Origin: Armatimonadota bacterium
GTDB taxonomy: Bacteria; Armatimonadota; SYMT01
Reading direction: 5' to 3'
NCBI GenBank assembly: GCA_046292385.1
Contig: JBKBRF010000005.1
Coordinates: 71,744-135,743 of the forward strand
Length of the DNA stretch: 64,000 nt
Part shown: positions 1-10,214 of the stretch, in pieces
Layout of the letters: every line of letters begins with the position of its first letter
Numbering within the stretch: position 1 is the stretch's first letter
Position numbers and translations under genes: made by a program
Notes under the pieces: model-generated
Told to the model about the DNA's origin: nothing
What the model saw: the letters and a program-made list of their open reading frames with translations, nothing else
Database searches by the model: none

Positions 1-44
1 TCCCCCGAGGCTGTCTCTTCGCCCCCGATGCCCGTGCGGACTAC

Positions 45-563
45 TTAGTTCTTGACGGTTCCCTGGACGTAGAGCGCCTTCTGGCCCTCCACTTCCGAGT
101 AGGTCCCGTTCACCTTTACGACGTGCGCCATGTGGTCCACGAGCTGCTGGCGGAGGGTGGTGAGACCGTCCCGGCGAGGATCGTGCTCCTCGTCGATCAG
201 CATGTAGAGCGTGCCGTCGCTCAGGAGCAGGCCGGCCGGCTGCCCGTTGCGGACGCACTTCTGGCCGCAGTCGCGGTGCTTCTCTCCGTGCTTGCCCACC
301 TGGAGGTAGCAGGAGATGTCGACCACCTCTCCGACCGCGGTCACGGGCTTGCCCTTCAGCGGCTTGTCGATGGCGGAGGTAATCGTCGTCACCGTCCACG
401 GCGAATCGGCGGACGGCTTCTGACCCAGCTCGGCCACGGGCGCCTGGTAGGTGCCCTGCGGCTTGGACCAATCGGGATAGAGGATGCCTTTGCCCTTCGC
501 CACGGCCACAGATCCAGCGATCAGCGTTACCGCTCCGAGGGCGAGGATGGTTTTCCGAGTCAT
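45..563 (-). CDS. Secreted hypothetical protein with Cys/His cluster
   Basis: Signal-peptide-like N-terminus (MTRKTILALGAVTLIAGSVAVA); motif GEVVDISCYL...H...H..C..KC. Confidence 0.75.
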   Translation of the reverse strand: MTRKTILALGAVTLIAGSVAVAKGKGILYPDWSKPQGTYQAPVAELGQKPSADSPWTVTTITSAIDKPLKGKPVTAVGEVVDISCYLQVGKHGEKHRDCGQKCVRNGQPAGLLLSDGTLYMLIDEEHDPRRDGLTTLRQQLVDHMAHVVKVNGTYSEVEGQKALYVQGTVKN

Positions 564-901
564 CGGGTTCTCCTGTTGTAAAGGGTTCGCAGCTTCCGCC
601 GCGTAAGCCCTGCGCGCGGCTTCGCCGCCGCGGGAGACGGAACAGGCGCGCGGGATGGGGACGCGGGCGCGTCCCTCTCTATTTTATACCGGCGGGGCAA
701 GCGACCTGTCTCCGAGATGGGCTGGTTGGGTTTCCGTGACGAACCGGTTCGCCGACCGCCCCTTCGTATTCGGGCCGGTGCGGAGTGAACTCCGCGGTCG
801 GTCGCGCCGGCAGTCAACTGCCGGCGATCTTTAGGTACGTCTTCGACGGATGGCATCGGAACCCCTGATCCCGGGTCCCTGAGGCCTGACCCCTGAAACC
901 C

Positions 902-2446
902 CTACGCGTTCTTCAACCACGGAGCGTCTTCGTCGGCGGTCTCGTAGACCTCCGCGGAGAGCGGCGCGGGGCGGTATCCGAGCACGTCCTCGCAGAGCTC
1001 CGGCCACCAGTCCCGCTGCTCGGTCTGTTCCGCGCCCTCCAGGCCGTGCCGGCGCCGGATCGCCATGACGCGAGAGAACGCGTCGCCGCCCAGCCGCTCC
1101 GCCTCTTCCCGGGAGCCAAGCTCCTTCACCAGCCAGCGGCGGCCGATGTGGACGTGCAGCACCTCGTCGGCCCAGTCGTAGTCCATGAAGAGGGTCGCCA
1201 GCGGATCGGCGGACTCCCGCGCGGTGCGCCACTCGTACGCCTTGCCGGTGGTGCGCGGCATCAGTCCCTGTTCGATCCACCAGAGCGCCGCGTGGGCCTC
1301 CGTCGGGGTGGCGAGAGTGTTCAGCCCGAGGGAGAAGCCGACGTTGAGCGGCACGCGGGTGAAGTCGATTCCCTGGCCCGCCAGCCATGCCTCGCCGAGC
1401 ATGCTGTGCCGGGCTTCGTCCCACACCTGGCGGCACATGTCGGCGGTGTAGCCCCACGGCTTCGGCTGCCCGGCGGCGAGCGCCTCTTCCCGCGTCTTCC
1501 AGATGATCGCCGCCATCATCTCCGGCACGTCCATCTCCAGGAGCCGCTTGCAGACGAGGGCGAGCATCCGCTCGTCGGCGGGGCGGTCTCGCTGGGCGTA
1601 GACCCAGTGCGGCGGGAAGAAGTAGTTGTAGCTCTCGAAACGAGAATCCCGGCGCGGAAGCCACGACGGCTGCAGTGGACGGGTGGACCGCCGCTCCGGC
1701 TGGGACACCGGCGCCGGCGAAGCGGACGCATCCCCGCGCGACTCCGGCGAGCCGGCTGCCGGCACCTCGCTCTCCGGGGCGGCTTCCAGGCTCTCCAGCA
1801 CGCGCATCCCGGGCATCGCCTCCAGGTGCGCCTGCCAGTCCGCGGAGCGCTGCCGCGCCTCGTCCGTGGTCAGCAGCGCCTGCAAGGCGGCCTCGCCCCA
1901 CTCGATGCTCTCCTCTTCCTCCAGCAGCACGAAGCGAAGGATGCGGCGGGTGGGGTGGTCGACCAGCGGATTCGTCCGTTCCCGGTGCGCGCGGTAGGCC
2001 CGCGCCAGCGCCGGCTTGATGACCCGGTAGACGGCGGTCAGCAGCTCGATCGTGTCCTCGGAGCGCAGCGCCTCCTGCAGCCACTCCTCCAGCGCCTCGT
2101 CCGGCGGGCGGTGGAAGTTGTGCGGCGGGTGCCGCATCTCCGAGACGCGCTCCTGCAGCCACTTCGCGTGCTCCGCGTCCTGCCAGACGTGCAGGCAGAG
2201 CCCGCCCTTCACCTCCCACTCCGGGGTGGCGTTGAGCTGCGTCAGGAAGAGGTCGGTCAGGCGCGCCTCCACCCAGTTGTACCGCTTCAGCAGCGCGACG
2301 TTCTCGTCGACGCCGAGCCCGGGCTTCCCCGCTTCCGCGTAGGTGCACACCCCCGCCAGCTCCGGCACCCCCAGCCGCGGATGCGCCGGCGCCGCTCCCG
2401 GCTGCGAAACAGAGCCCTTCTTCGCGCTCCCGTTGCTACCTGCCAT
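902..2446 (-). CDS. Ferritin-like (DUF455-like) di-iron domain protein, probably two helical domains
   Basis: Acid/His motifs WQDAEH, VWDEARH, DWADEVLH; low-complexity linker mid-protein. Confidence 0.65.
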   Translation of the reverse strand: MAGSNGSAKKGSVSQPGAAPAHPRLGVPELAGVCTYAEAGKPGLGVDENVALLKRYNWVEARLTDLFLTQLNATPEWEVKGGLCLHVWQDAEHAKWLQERVSEMRHPPHNFHRPPDEALEEWLQEALRSEDTIELLTAVYRVIKPALARAYRAHRERTNPLVDHPTRRILRFVLLEEEESIEWGEAALQALLTTDEARQRSADWQAHLEAMPGMRVLESLEAAPESEVPAAGSPESRGDASASPAPVSQPERRSTRPLQPSWLPRRDSRFESYNYFFPPHWVYAQRDRPADERMLALVCKRLLEMDVPEMMAAIIWKTREEALAAGQPKPWGYTADMCRQVWDEARHSMLGEAWLAGQGIDFTRVPLNVGFSLGLNTLATPTEAHAALWWIEQGLMPRTTGKAYEWRTARESADPLATLFMDYDWADEVLHVHIGRRWLVKELGSREEAERLGGDAFSRVMAIRRRHGLEGAEQTEQRDWWPELCEDVLGYRPAPLSAEVYETADEDAPWLKNA

Positions 2447-2457
2447 AGGTCATTCCC

Positions 2458-2849
2458 CTATCGGATAAACGGCTTCGCATGGTTGACGACCCACGCAGTC
2501 AGATCTTCTCGACTTACCCGTCCCGCAGCCAACGAGAGGATTAGTTGTTCCTGCTCATCCACGCCAGCTTCCAGGCGAAGGCCGTTGCGGACGAGAAAAA
2601 CTTCCATCGCGGCGTGCCCGACTCGCTTGTTCCATCGATGAACGGGTGGTCCATCACAATCGAGAAGCAGAGCGCAGCCGCTTTCTCCGGGAGCGTCTCG
2701 TACAGGTCAACTCCACTGAAAGTCATCTGGGGCTGTGCGAGGGCCGCGTCCAGCATCTCCGGAGCACGAATTCCATACGCACCACCCGAGCGATCGATCA
2801 GGCGGCGATGCAATTCGAGCACCTCTACCAGAGAGAGAAAGCGGGTCAC
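2458..2849 (-). pseudogene. doc: Fic/Doc (death-on-curing) toxin, frameshifted in the Fic motif
   Basis: HPFIDG then a frameshift near 2630; adding one A restores HPFIDGNKRVGHAAMEVFL... running to TAG at 2458-2460. Confidence 0.8.
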
Positions 2850-3043
2850 GCGAGACGCCGGTAGAGCTCGCGGTTCTTTTCAAGCACGTAATCGGCCGCG
2901 TCTTCAAAGTCCTGCGCGAATGCGCGGGTCTCGCTGGTGATGCGTTCGACGATGATCTCTTCGATGGTCCGCTTCGACTGCTCCGCTTCACTGCGCAGTT
3001 CATTGACCACGTGTTCCGGAAGCTCGACCGTAATTGCCGGCAT
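2846..3043 (-). CDS. Putative antitoxin / small DNA-binding protein
   Basis: 65 aa MPAITVELPE...NRELYRRLA, overlaps the doc start by 4 nt; typical type II toxin-antitoxin layout. Confidence 0.7.
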   Translation of the reverse strand: MPAITVELPEHVVNELRSEAEQSKRTIEEIIVERITSETRAFAQDFEDAADYVLEKNRELYRRLA

Positions 3044-3227
3044 ATTCAACCCTCCGAAATCATGATGCCCAAATCCTGGCACGCGTGCCTACCCCAACGA
3101 GGAGCACCAAGTAGCCGCGGGATTCCGAGCTTGAGTATGAGTATGAGTAAGTAAGAGTAAGTGTCTGGGTTCGGAAGGCCGAAGGCCATCCCCATTATCT
3201 CCAGTTCGATCCCCCCATCCCCTCTTC

Positions 3228-4046
3228 TTACACTCCCACTCGCATGCGTGGCCGCTCCGGGTCGAGGCTCGGGATGGCGGAGAGCAATCGCCGCGTGTAG
3301 GCTTCTTTCGGCGCGTCGAAGATCTCCTCGACCGTGCCCTGCTCCACGATGCGGCCGCGCTCCATGACGCAGACCTCGTCCGCCAGGTACTCCACCACGC
3401 CGAGATTGTGGGTGATGAAGAGGTAGGTGAGCCCTTCCTCGCGCTGTAAGCCCCGGAGCAGGTTGAGGATTTGGCTCTGCACGGAGACGTCGAGGGCGCT
3501 GGTCGGCTCGTCGCAGACGATGAACTTTGGCTTCAGGCTGAGGGCGCGGGCGATGGCGATCCGCTGGCGCTGGCCGCCGCTGAACTCGTGCGGGTAGCGC
3601 TCCAGCGCGGTGCGGGCGAGGCCGACCCGCTCCAGCAGGTCGCCGGCCAGCTGCGCGCGCTCGGCGGCGTCCGAGCCGAGCCGGTGGACCCGCATCCCTT
3701 CCGTCATGATCTCCAGGATGCTCATCCGCGCGTTGAGCGAGGAGTAGGGGTCCTGGAAGACGACCTGCATCTCTCGCCGCAGGGAAAGCCACTCCGCGCC
3801 CCGGCGGCGGGTGACGGGGCGGCCGCGGTAGAGTACCTCGCCGGCCGTTGGCTGGAGCAGGTCGAGGATCATCAGGCCGACCGTGCTCTTGCCCGAGCCG
3901 GACTCCCCCACCAGCGCCAGCGTCTTGCCCTCTCCGATGCGGAAGCTGACGCCGTCGACCGCCCGCTTGTAGTCGCGGCCGAACAGCCCCTTCCGGTACG
4001 GGAAGTACATCTTGAGGTCGCGGACCTCCAGCAGCGGCTGGCTCAT
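3228..4046 (-). CDS. Oligo/dipeptide ABC transporter ATP-binding subunit (OppF/DppF-like)
   Basis: GESGSGKS Walker A, FSGGQRQR, CDEPTSALD; start taken at [11 protein letters not shown]. Confidence 0.92.
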   Translation of the reverse strand: MSQPLLEVRDLKMYFPYRKGLFGRDYKRAVDGVSFRIGEGKTLALVGESGSGKSTVGLMILDLLQPTAGEVLYRGRPVTRRRGAEWLSLRREMQVVFQDPYSSLNARMSILEIMTEGMRVHRLGSDAAERAQLAGDLLERVGLARTALERYPHEFSGGQRQRIAIARALSLKPKFIVCDEPTSALDVSVQSQILNLLRGLQREEGLTYLFITHNLGVVEYLADEVCVMERGRIVEQGTVEEIFDAPKEAYTRRLLSAIPSLDPERPRMRVGV

Positions 4047-5089
4047 CGCGAGCCCTCCCCCGGCACCGCGGCCGGGAAGCACTCCGGATGGAGCAGGCAG
4101 CGGGCCTCGTGTCCGGGCCGCACCTCCGCCAGCTGCGGCGGGGTGGTGGGGCATGGCTCGAAGCGCTCGGGGCAGCGGTCGGCGAAGCGGCAGCCCGGCG
4201 GCCAGGCGGTTGCGTCGGGCACGCGGCCCTCGATCGTCATCAGGTCCTGCCCGCGAGATTGGCGCGACGGCAGGCTGGCGAAGAGCGCCCGGGTGTAGGG
4301 GTGCTGGGGCGCGCGGTAGAGCTCCCGGGCGGGGGCGGTCTCCACCATCTGCCCGGCGTACATCACCGCCACGTCGTCCGCCATCTCCGCCACGATGCCG
4401 AGGTCGTGCGTGATCAGCAGCATCGCCATGCCGAGCTCCCGCTGCAGCTCCGCCAGGAGCGCGAGGATCTGCGCCTGGACCGTGACGTCGAGGGCGGTGG
4501 TCGGTTCGTCGGCGATCAGGAGGTCGGGACTGCACGCCAGGGCGCCGGCGATCATCACTCGCTGGCGCATGCCGCCGGAAAGCTCGTGCGGGTAGCGGTT
4601 CATCACCATCGCCGGCTCCTGGATGCCGACGCGGTCGAGCAGCTCCACCGCGCGGCTCCACGCCTGCTTGCCGCGGGCGATGCCGTGGACCTCCATCCCT
4701 TCGATCACCTGTCGCCCGATGGTGAAGACCGGATTGAGGCTGGTCATCGGCTCCTGGAAGACCATGCCGATGCGGCGGCCGCGGTAGGCGCGGATCTGCT
4801 CCCGGGAGAGCGCCAGGAGGTCCTGGCCGTCGAACCAGACCTCCCCGCTCTCCACGTAGCCGGCCGGCTCCGCCAGCAGCTGGATGATCGAGAGCGCCGT
4901 CACGCTCTTGCCGCAGCCCGACTCGCCGACGATGGCGAGCGTCTTGCCCGCCTCGACCGAGAAGCTGACGCCGTCGACCGCCTTCGCGATGCCGCGCGGC
5001 GTGTGGAAATAGGTGCGGAGGTCCCGCACCGAGAGGAGCGGCTGCGCGGCGCGGGGCTCGACCTTGCGAACGGCGGGGGCAGTGCTCAC
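4043..5089 (-). CDS. Oligo/dipeptide ABC transporter ATP-binding subunit (OppD/DppD-like)
   Basis: [26 protein letters not shown]-terminal GCRFADRC. Confidence 0.92.
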   Translation of the reverse strand: MSTAPAVRKVEPRAAQPLLSVRDLRTYFHTPRGIAKAVDGVSFSVEAGKTLAIVGESGCGKSVTALSIIQLLAEPAGYVESGEVWFDGQDLLALSREQIRAYRGRRIGMVFQEPMTSLNPVFTIGRQVIEGMEVHGIARGKQAWSRAVELLDRVGIQEPAMVMNRYPHELSGGMRQRVMIAGALACSPDLLIADEPTTALDVTVQAQILALLAELQRELGMAMLLITHDLGIVAEMADDVAVMYAGQMVETAPARELYRAPQHPYTRALFASLPSRQSRGQDLMTIEGRVPDATAWPPGCRFADRCPERFEPCPTTPPQLAEVRPGHEARCLLHPECFPAAVPGEGSR

Positions 5090-6108
5090 GAGCGGAGCCT
5101 CGGGTTGAGCGCGTCCTGCAGCGCGTCGGTGAAGAGGTTGAACGCCAGCACCAGGATGAAGAGCGCGGTGCTCGCCGCGGCGAGGTTCCACCAGACCACC
5201 GGCTCCCGTGCCAGCTCCAGCCGCGCCGAGTCGATCATGTTCCCCCAGCTCCCGATTTCCGTCCCGACGCCCAGCCCCAGGTAGGCCAGGATCGCCTCGG
5301 TCATCACGATTACCGTGAAGGAGAGGGTCAGGTTGATCACCACCAGGTGCATCAGGTTCGGCAGGATGTGCTTGAAGAGGATGGTGGTGTGGCTCACGCC
5401 CATCGCGCGGGCCGCCCGCACGAACTCCTTCTCCCGCAGCCGCAGCGTCTCGCCGCGCACGATGCGGCAGAGCCCCACCCAGCCGGCGATGCCGAGCGCC
5501 AGGCAGAGCTGGAGCAGCCCGCGGCCGAGCACCATGATCAGGCTGACCAGGAGCAGGATGGAAGGGATCGAGTCGATCACCGTGTAGCCGTACTGGATGC
5601 CGTCGTCGACCCGCTTGCCGAAATAGCCGGCCAGCAGCCCGAAGACCAGCGCGAGCGGGGCCATGATCAGGAGCGTGAGGCCGCCGATGATCAGCGCCGT
5701 CCGCGCGCCCCGGAGCGTCATGAAGAGGACGTCGTTCCCCACCGCGTCGGTGCCGAGGAGGTGCGTGCCGCTCAGGGGGCGGCGGTCGGTCTCCGGCGTG
5801 GTGGTGCGGGCGAGCGGGGCGGAGTAGGAGTACTCCTGGGGGCGCTCGGCGATCCGCTGGAGCACGGTGCGGAAGTCGGCGTTGCGGTTCTCGCGCCAGC
5901 CGACGCTGTCGAGCAGCGCCACGCCGACGTAGAGCCCGATGACGGCGAGCGCCGCGAGCGCGGAGGGGCTGCGGCGGAGGCGGCGGAAGGCGTCCGCCCA
6001 GAGCGGCTCCTTTCGGGCGCGCGCGAAGAGCCAGATCCCGAGGAGGACCAGCCCCACGGGAACCAGGTTCCCCGCCAGATCACGAAGCCACCAGGGGGCG
6101 CTTCCCAT
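5086..6108 (-). CDS. Peptide ABC transporter permease (OppC-like)
   Basis: HLLGTD, EFVRAARAMG..HILPN permease signature, several TM helices. Confidence 0.92.
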   Translation of the reverse strand: MGSAPWWLRDLAGNLVPVGLVLLGIWLFARARKEPLWADAFRRLRRSPSALAALAVIGLYVGVALLDSVGWRENRNADFRTVLQRIAERPQEYSYSAPLARTTTPETDRRPLSGTHLLGTDAVGNDVLFMTLRGARTALIIGGLTLLIMAPLALVFGLLAGYFGKRVDDGIQYGYTVIDSIPSILLLVSLIMVLGRGLLQLCLALGIAGWVGLCRIVRGETLRLREKEFVRAARAMGVSHTTILFKHILPNLMHLVVINLTLSFTVIVMTEAILAYLGLGVGTEIGSWGNMIDSARLELAREPVVWWNLAAASTALFILVLAFNLFTDALQDALNPRLRS

Positions 6109-6115
6109 CGAGCCG

Positions 6116-7054
6116 TTACTCCAGCCTCACGCGCGGGTTCACCAGCGCGTAGCTCACGTCGGTCAGGATATTGCCGGCGATGTAGGCGAGGGTGCCGAGG
6201 AAGACCATCGCCCGCACCACCGCGAAGTCGCCGCTGTTGATCGCGTCTACCGTCATCGATCCGAGCCCCGGAATGCCGAAGAACGACTCGAGCAGCAGGT
6301 TGCCCATGAAGAGGAACGGGATGCTCAGCACGAGCGAGGTGAGGATCGGGGTGGCGGCGTTCTTCAGCACGTGGGTGAAGAGGATCTTGGCTTCCGCCAC
6401 GCCCTTGGAGCGGGCGGTGCGGACGTAGTCCTGGTGCATCTCCTCCAGGAACGCCGCGCGGTTGTACCGGATGGCGCCGCCCAGGCCGGCGACCACGCCG
6501 ACCAGCCCGGGCAGCGCGACGAACCGCAGCGCGTCCCAGCCCTGCGCGTAGCCCGCCAGCGGATAGATCCGGAGCAGGCGCGCGAAGATGTACTGTCCGG
6601 CGACGAAGTAGAGCACGTAGTTGATGCTCATCAGGAGCACGCAGAAGAAGACCCCCCAGTAGTCGAGGTAGGTCCCCCGGAAGTACGCCGCGAAGAGCGC
6701 CAGCGAGACCGCCGCCAGCGCCGACGCGAAGAACATCGGCACCGCGAGCGCGAGGGACGGCCCCGCGCCATTGCCGATCTTGTCCCACACCCTCTCGTCC
6801 GAGGTGTCCGACTTCCCGAACTTCAGCATCAGCAGCTCGCCGATATGCTTCCGCGCCTGCTCCCCCAGCGGCTTGTCGTAGCCGTGCTCCTGGAGCCAGA
6901 CCTGGACCTGCTCGTCAGTCGGGTTCTTCCCCAGGTTCTGCTTGGCGAGCTGCCGGGGCGACTTCACCATGTAGAACATGCCGAAGGTAAGGATCGAGAC
7001 CCCGATCAGGATCGGGACGGCGTAGAGCAGGCGCCGCAGGAGGTACGAAAGCAT
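6116..7054 (-). CDS. Peptide ABC transporter permease (OppB-like)
   Basis: MLSYLLRRLL start; QDYVRTARSKG, ESFFGIPGLG, YALVNPRVR. Confidence 0.92.
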   Translation of the reverse strand: MLSYLLRRLLYAVPILIGVSILTFGMFYMVKSPRQLAKQNLGKNPTDEQVQVWLQEHGYDKPLGEQARKHIGELLMLKFGKSDTSDERVWDKIGNGAGPSLALAVPMFFASALAAVSLALFAAYFRGTYLDYWGVFFCVLLMSINYVLYFVAGQYIFARLLRIYPLAGYAQGWDALRFVALPGLVGVVAGLGGAIRYNRAAFLEEMHQDYVRTARSKGVAEAKILFTHVLKNAATPILTSLVLSIPFLFMGNLLLESFFGIPGLGSMTVDAINSGDFAVVRAMVFLGTLAYIAGNILTDVSYALVNPRVRLE

Positions 7055-9060
7055 CAGCGGCTCCTCCGGGCGCTCTGCCGGCGGCGCCGGCTCGCCGTCA
7101 CGACCGCGGGGATCGTGGCGGCGATCAGCCCCAGCGCGATCGGAACCAGCGGCCAGTAGTTCGGGCGGTTCCACTCGGCGCGAAGCTGGGCCCGGCGCTC
7201 CGGATCGACCTTACGGTACTTGAAGTAATCGAGCGCGATCGGGTGCGCCTTCTCGTTGCTCACCCAGCCGTTCGCCAGCTTCAGCTCTTCGTCGTGGTAG
7301 GTGTAGATGTGGGGGCAGTCTTCCACCGCGATGTCCCGCATCCGGTTCATGATGGCGGTCCGCTCCAGACCGTCGTCCATCGCCTGCATCTGCTCGAACA
7401 GTCGGTTGTACTCCGCGTTGTCATAGGCCGGCGTGTTCGGGCCGGGCCGCTCGTTAGGCCCGTAGAGCAGAAAGATGAAGTTCTCCGCGTCCGGGTAGTC
7501 GGCCAGCCAGCCGTAGTCGTAGAGCTGGAACTGTCCCTTCTCCAGCCGCTCGTCCCACGCCTCGTACCGCCAGGAGCGAGAGATCAGCTTCACGCCGATC
7601 TGCGCGAACTGCTTCTCCGTGTAGGCGACCTGCTGCCGGCCCTGCGCCGTGGTGTGGCGGTTGTCGTAGTAGATCTCCAGCCGGTCGCCGGTCTTCTCGC
7701 TGATCCCACCGGGATAACCCGCCTCCGCCAGCAGCTGCTTGGCGCGGGCCAGGTTCCGCTGCCGGTACGGGTTCTTGTAGTCCGGATCGTACCCGTAGAT
7801 GCCGGGCGGCACCAGCCACTGGGCGGGGGTGCCGAGGCCCGCGTTGAAGAGCTGAATCTCGCCCGCCGCGTCCCACGCGAGCGCCATCGCCTGTCGCAGC
7901 TTGCGGTGCTGCTCGTCGTAGCCGCCGACTACCGGGTCTTTCATGTTGAAGGCGATGTAGTTGAACGCGAGGAGCGGGGCGCGGACCAGGTAGACGCCCT
8001 TGCGGTCCATCTCCGGGGTGATGTTGCCGGCACGGGCCACCACCTGCGCCTTGTTCTCCGGGTAGACCGCAAAGACGTCGAGATAGCCCTGCTGGAAGAA
8101 GTTCCAGGCGGTGAGCCGCTCCTTCAGCACCGTCAGCACGATGCCCTTGTTGAGCGGCAGGCGCGCCCCGGCGTCCTTCAGCAGCCCGGCCTCCACGTCT
8201 TCCCGCTCGCCCTCGGTCGGATAGAGGTCGTCCTGCCGGTAATTCGGGTTCGGGCGCAGGGTCAGGCGCTGCTTCGGCTTCCACTCCGTCAGCATGTACG
8301 GCCCCTGTCCCACCGGGTGCCGGGAGAGCCCCACGCCGTACTTGCTGGTCGCCTCGTGCGCCAGCGGCGTGGTGAAGTACATCGCCATCATGTAGCGGAG
8401 CTGCGGGTACGGGCGGTTCAGCAGGATCCGAAAGACGTACGGGTCGTTCGGATCGGTCTGCAGGCCCTCCACGGGGAAGCCGTAGTCGACCGGCTGTCCG
8501 TCCTTCGCCCGCGCGACCTGGTGCTTGCGGAACGCGTCGAGCCCCTCGATCTTGTCCTGCATGAACGGCAGCACCGGACAGGGAATCGCCGGGTCGGCCA
8601 TCCGCTTGAACGAGTGGAGGAAGTCGTCCCCCACGATCTCCCGCCCCTTACCGCCGGGAAAGCAGGGGTCGTCCTGAAACCGGAGCCCCTTCTTGATGCG
8701 GAAGGTCCAGCGCTCCCCCTCCACCCGCCGCGGCTTCCCGCCGCTGCGGCTCACGTAGGAGACCTTCTCCCGGACCGGCTCCGCCGCCCCCAGCGCCAGC
8801 TCCAGCTCGAACGGGTCCCGCTTCAGGTAGTGGTACTGGTAGTAGCTGACGTAGATCGCGTTCGCCACCGCGCCGTCGGTGACGTTGTAGACCTCGGTCG
8901 GGTCCAGCGTCTTCGGATCGTCGGACAGGTAGCTGTAGACGAACGCCTCCCGGTGCTCCGCCGTGGGGTACGGATTGTTCCCGCACCCCGCCAGGAGCGC
9001 GCCGGCCGCCGCCAGGAGTGCGGCTGTTAGGAGGCGGTATGGTCTAGCGGTGATGGGCAT
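7054..9060 (-). CDS. Peptide ABC transporter substrate-binding lipoprotein (family 5)
   Basis: Lipobox LLAGC, DPKTLDP, PVGQGPY, GWLADYPD; C-terminal hydrophobic segment. Confidence 0.9.
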   Translation of the reverse strand: MPITARPYRLLTAALLAAAGALLAGCGNNPYPTAEHREAFVYSYLSDDPKTLDPTEVYNVTDGAVANAIYVSYYQYHYLKRDPFELELALGAAEPVREKVSYVSRSGGKPRRVEGERWTFRIKKGLRFQDDPCFPGGKGREIVGDDFLHSFKRMADPAIPCPVLPFMQDKIEGLDAFRKHQVARAKDGQPVDYGFPVEGLQTDPNDPYVFRILLNRPYPQLRYMMAMYFTTPLAHEATSKYGVGLSRHPVGQGPYMLTEWKPKQRLTLRPNPNYRQDDLYPTEGEREDVEAGLLKDAGARLPLNKGIVLTVLKERLTAWNFFQQGYLDVFAVYPENKAQVVARAGNITPEMDRKGVYLVRAPLLAFNYIAFNMKDPVVGGYDEQHRKLRQAMALAWDAAGEIQLFNAGLGTPAQWLVPPGIYGYDPDYKNPYRQRNLARAKQLLAEAGYPGGISEKTGDRLEIYYDNRHTTAQGRQQVAYTEKQFAQIGVKLISRSWRYEAWDERLEKGQFQLYDYGWLADYPDAENFIFLLYGPNERPGPNTPAYDNAEYNRLFEQMQAMDDGLERTAIMNRMRDIAVEDCPHIYTYHDEELKLANGWVSNEKAHPIALDYFKYRKVDPERRAQLRAEWNRPNYWPLVPIALGLIAATIPAVVTASRRRRQSARRSR

Positions 9061-9066
9061 TGGGGT

Positions 9067-9290
9067 GTATTGCGTATTTCGTATTGCGTAGCGGAGGGCC
9101 TGGCTCGTTTCTCGTTGACGTACTGTCGGGTGAAGCGCCGTTCGGAGCTCTCCGCCCGGCACGACGCCTCGCCAGGAGGTGAGAGCGATTCACTACGCAA
9201 TACGGAATACGAGATACGCACTCCGCCCGGCACGACGTAGTCCCGAGAACTGATAGCGATACGCTACGCAATACGAAATACTCGATACGC
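9067..9290. repeat. GTATT(G/C/T)C-heptamer inverted-repeat element, copy 1 (extra right arm)
   Basis: Left GTATTTCGTATTGCGTAGCG pairs with CGCTACGCAATACGAAATAC (9262-9281); CTCCGCCCGGCACGA occurs twice inside. Confidence 0.85.
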
Positions 9291-9366
9291 TCTACTCCGC
9301 CGGAGCGCTCGCTTCCTCCAACGGCGCAAACCCGGCAGCGATCGCCGGCTCCATAAGAGAACGCCG

Positions 9367-10047
9367 ATGCCCGCCCAACCCGAGATCTTACGCACGACCG
9401 AAGGCGACTTCCCGCTGCAGGAGTTCCACCTGCCGCTCGCCGGGCGCGAATGGACCGTGCTGCACACCGAGGTGATCCTCGACCGCGCCGATGAGGAGCG
9501 GTTCTTCCGGGAGCGTCTGGAGCGGGTGCCGTACGGCGTGGCGCTCTGGCCCGCCGCCATCGCGCTGGCATACGAGCTCTCCCACCGCGGAGAGCAGTTG
9601 GCCGGCAGAACAGTCCTGGAGCTGGGCGCCGGTACGGGGCTCCCGGGGATCGTGGCCGCGTCGCTCGGGGCGCGAGTCGCGCAGACCGACCGCCACGAGC
9701 TGGCGCTCCACGTCTGCCGCCTGAACGGCGAGCGGAACGGCGTCCGCGGGGTCGAGCATCGGCAGGTCGACTGGACGGAGTGGACCGACCCGGAGCGCTA
9801 CGACTTCATCATCGGCTCAGACATCCTCTACGCGGAGCGCATCCACCCGGCGCTGCGCAGGATCTTCGAGTCGAACCTCGCGCAGGGAGGCCGGGTGCTG
9901 CTGGCCGACCCCCTCCGCGCCCCTTGCATCCGGTTCATGGAAGGGCTGGAGGCGGACGGCTGGGAAGTGCGGATGACCCGCTGGGATCTCGGCGACGAAG
10001 AGCGCACCCGGGTCTGCGGCGTGTTTGAGGTGGGGCGCGGTACGTAG
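9367..10047 (+). CDS. SAM-dependent methyltransferase (protein-lysine MTase-like, Methyltransf_16 type)
   Basis: PYGVALWPAA, VLELGAGTGLPG, IIGSDILY. Confidence 0.88.
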   Translation: MPAQPEILRTTEGDFPLQEFHLPLAGREWTVLHTEVILDRADEERFFRERLERVPYGVALWPAAIALAYELSHRGEQLAGRTVLELGAGTGLPGIVAASLGARVAQTDRHELALHVCRLNGERNGVRGVEHRQVDWTEWTDPERYDFIIGSDILYAERIHPALRRIFESNLAQGGRVLLADPLRAPCIRFMEGLEADGWEVRMTRWDLGDEERTRVCGVFEVGRGT

Positions 10048-10066
10048 TCCACATTGCGGAGCCTGA

Positions 10067-10214
10067 TATTGCGTATCGCGTATTCCGTAGCGGTGCGCTG
10101 ATCCCGCTGTTCAGAACGTCGTGCCGAGCGAGCAGCTAAAAGGCGCTCCGCCCGGCACGACGTCCTGGAAAGCGCACCAAGCACGTCGCTACGGAATACG
10201 CGATACGCAATACG
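10067..10214. repeat. Heptamer inverted-repeat element, copy 2
   Basis: Perfect 26-bp arms TATTGCGTATCGCGTATTCCGTAGCG / CGCTACGGAATACGCGATACGCAATA; inner CGTCGTGCCG...CGGCACGACG. Confidence 0.9.
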
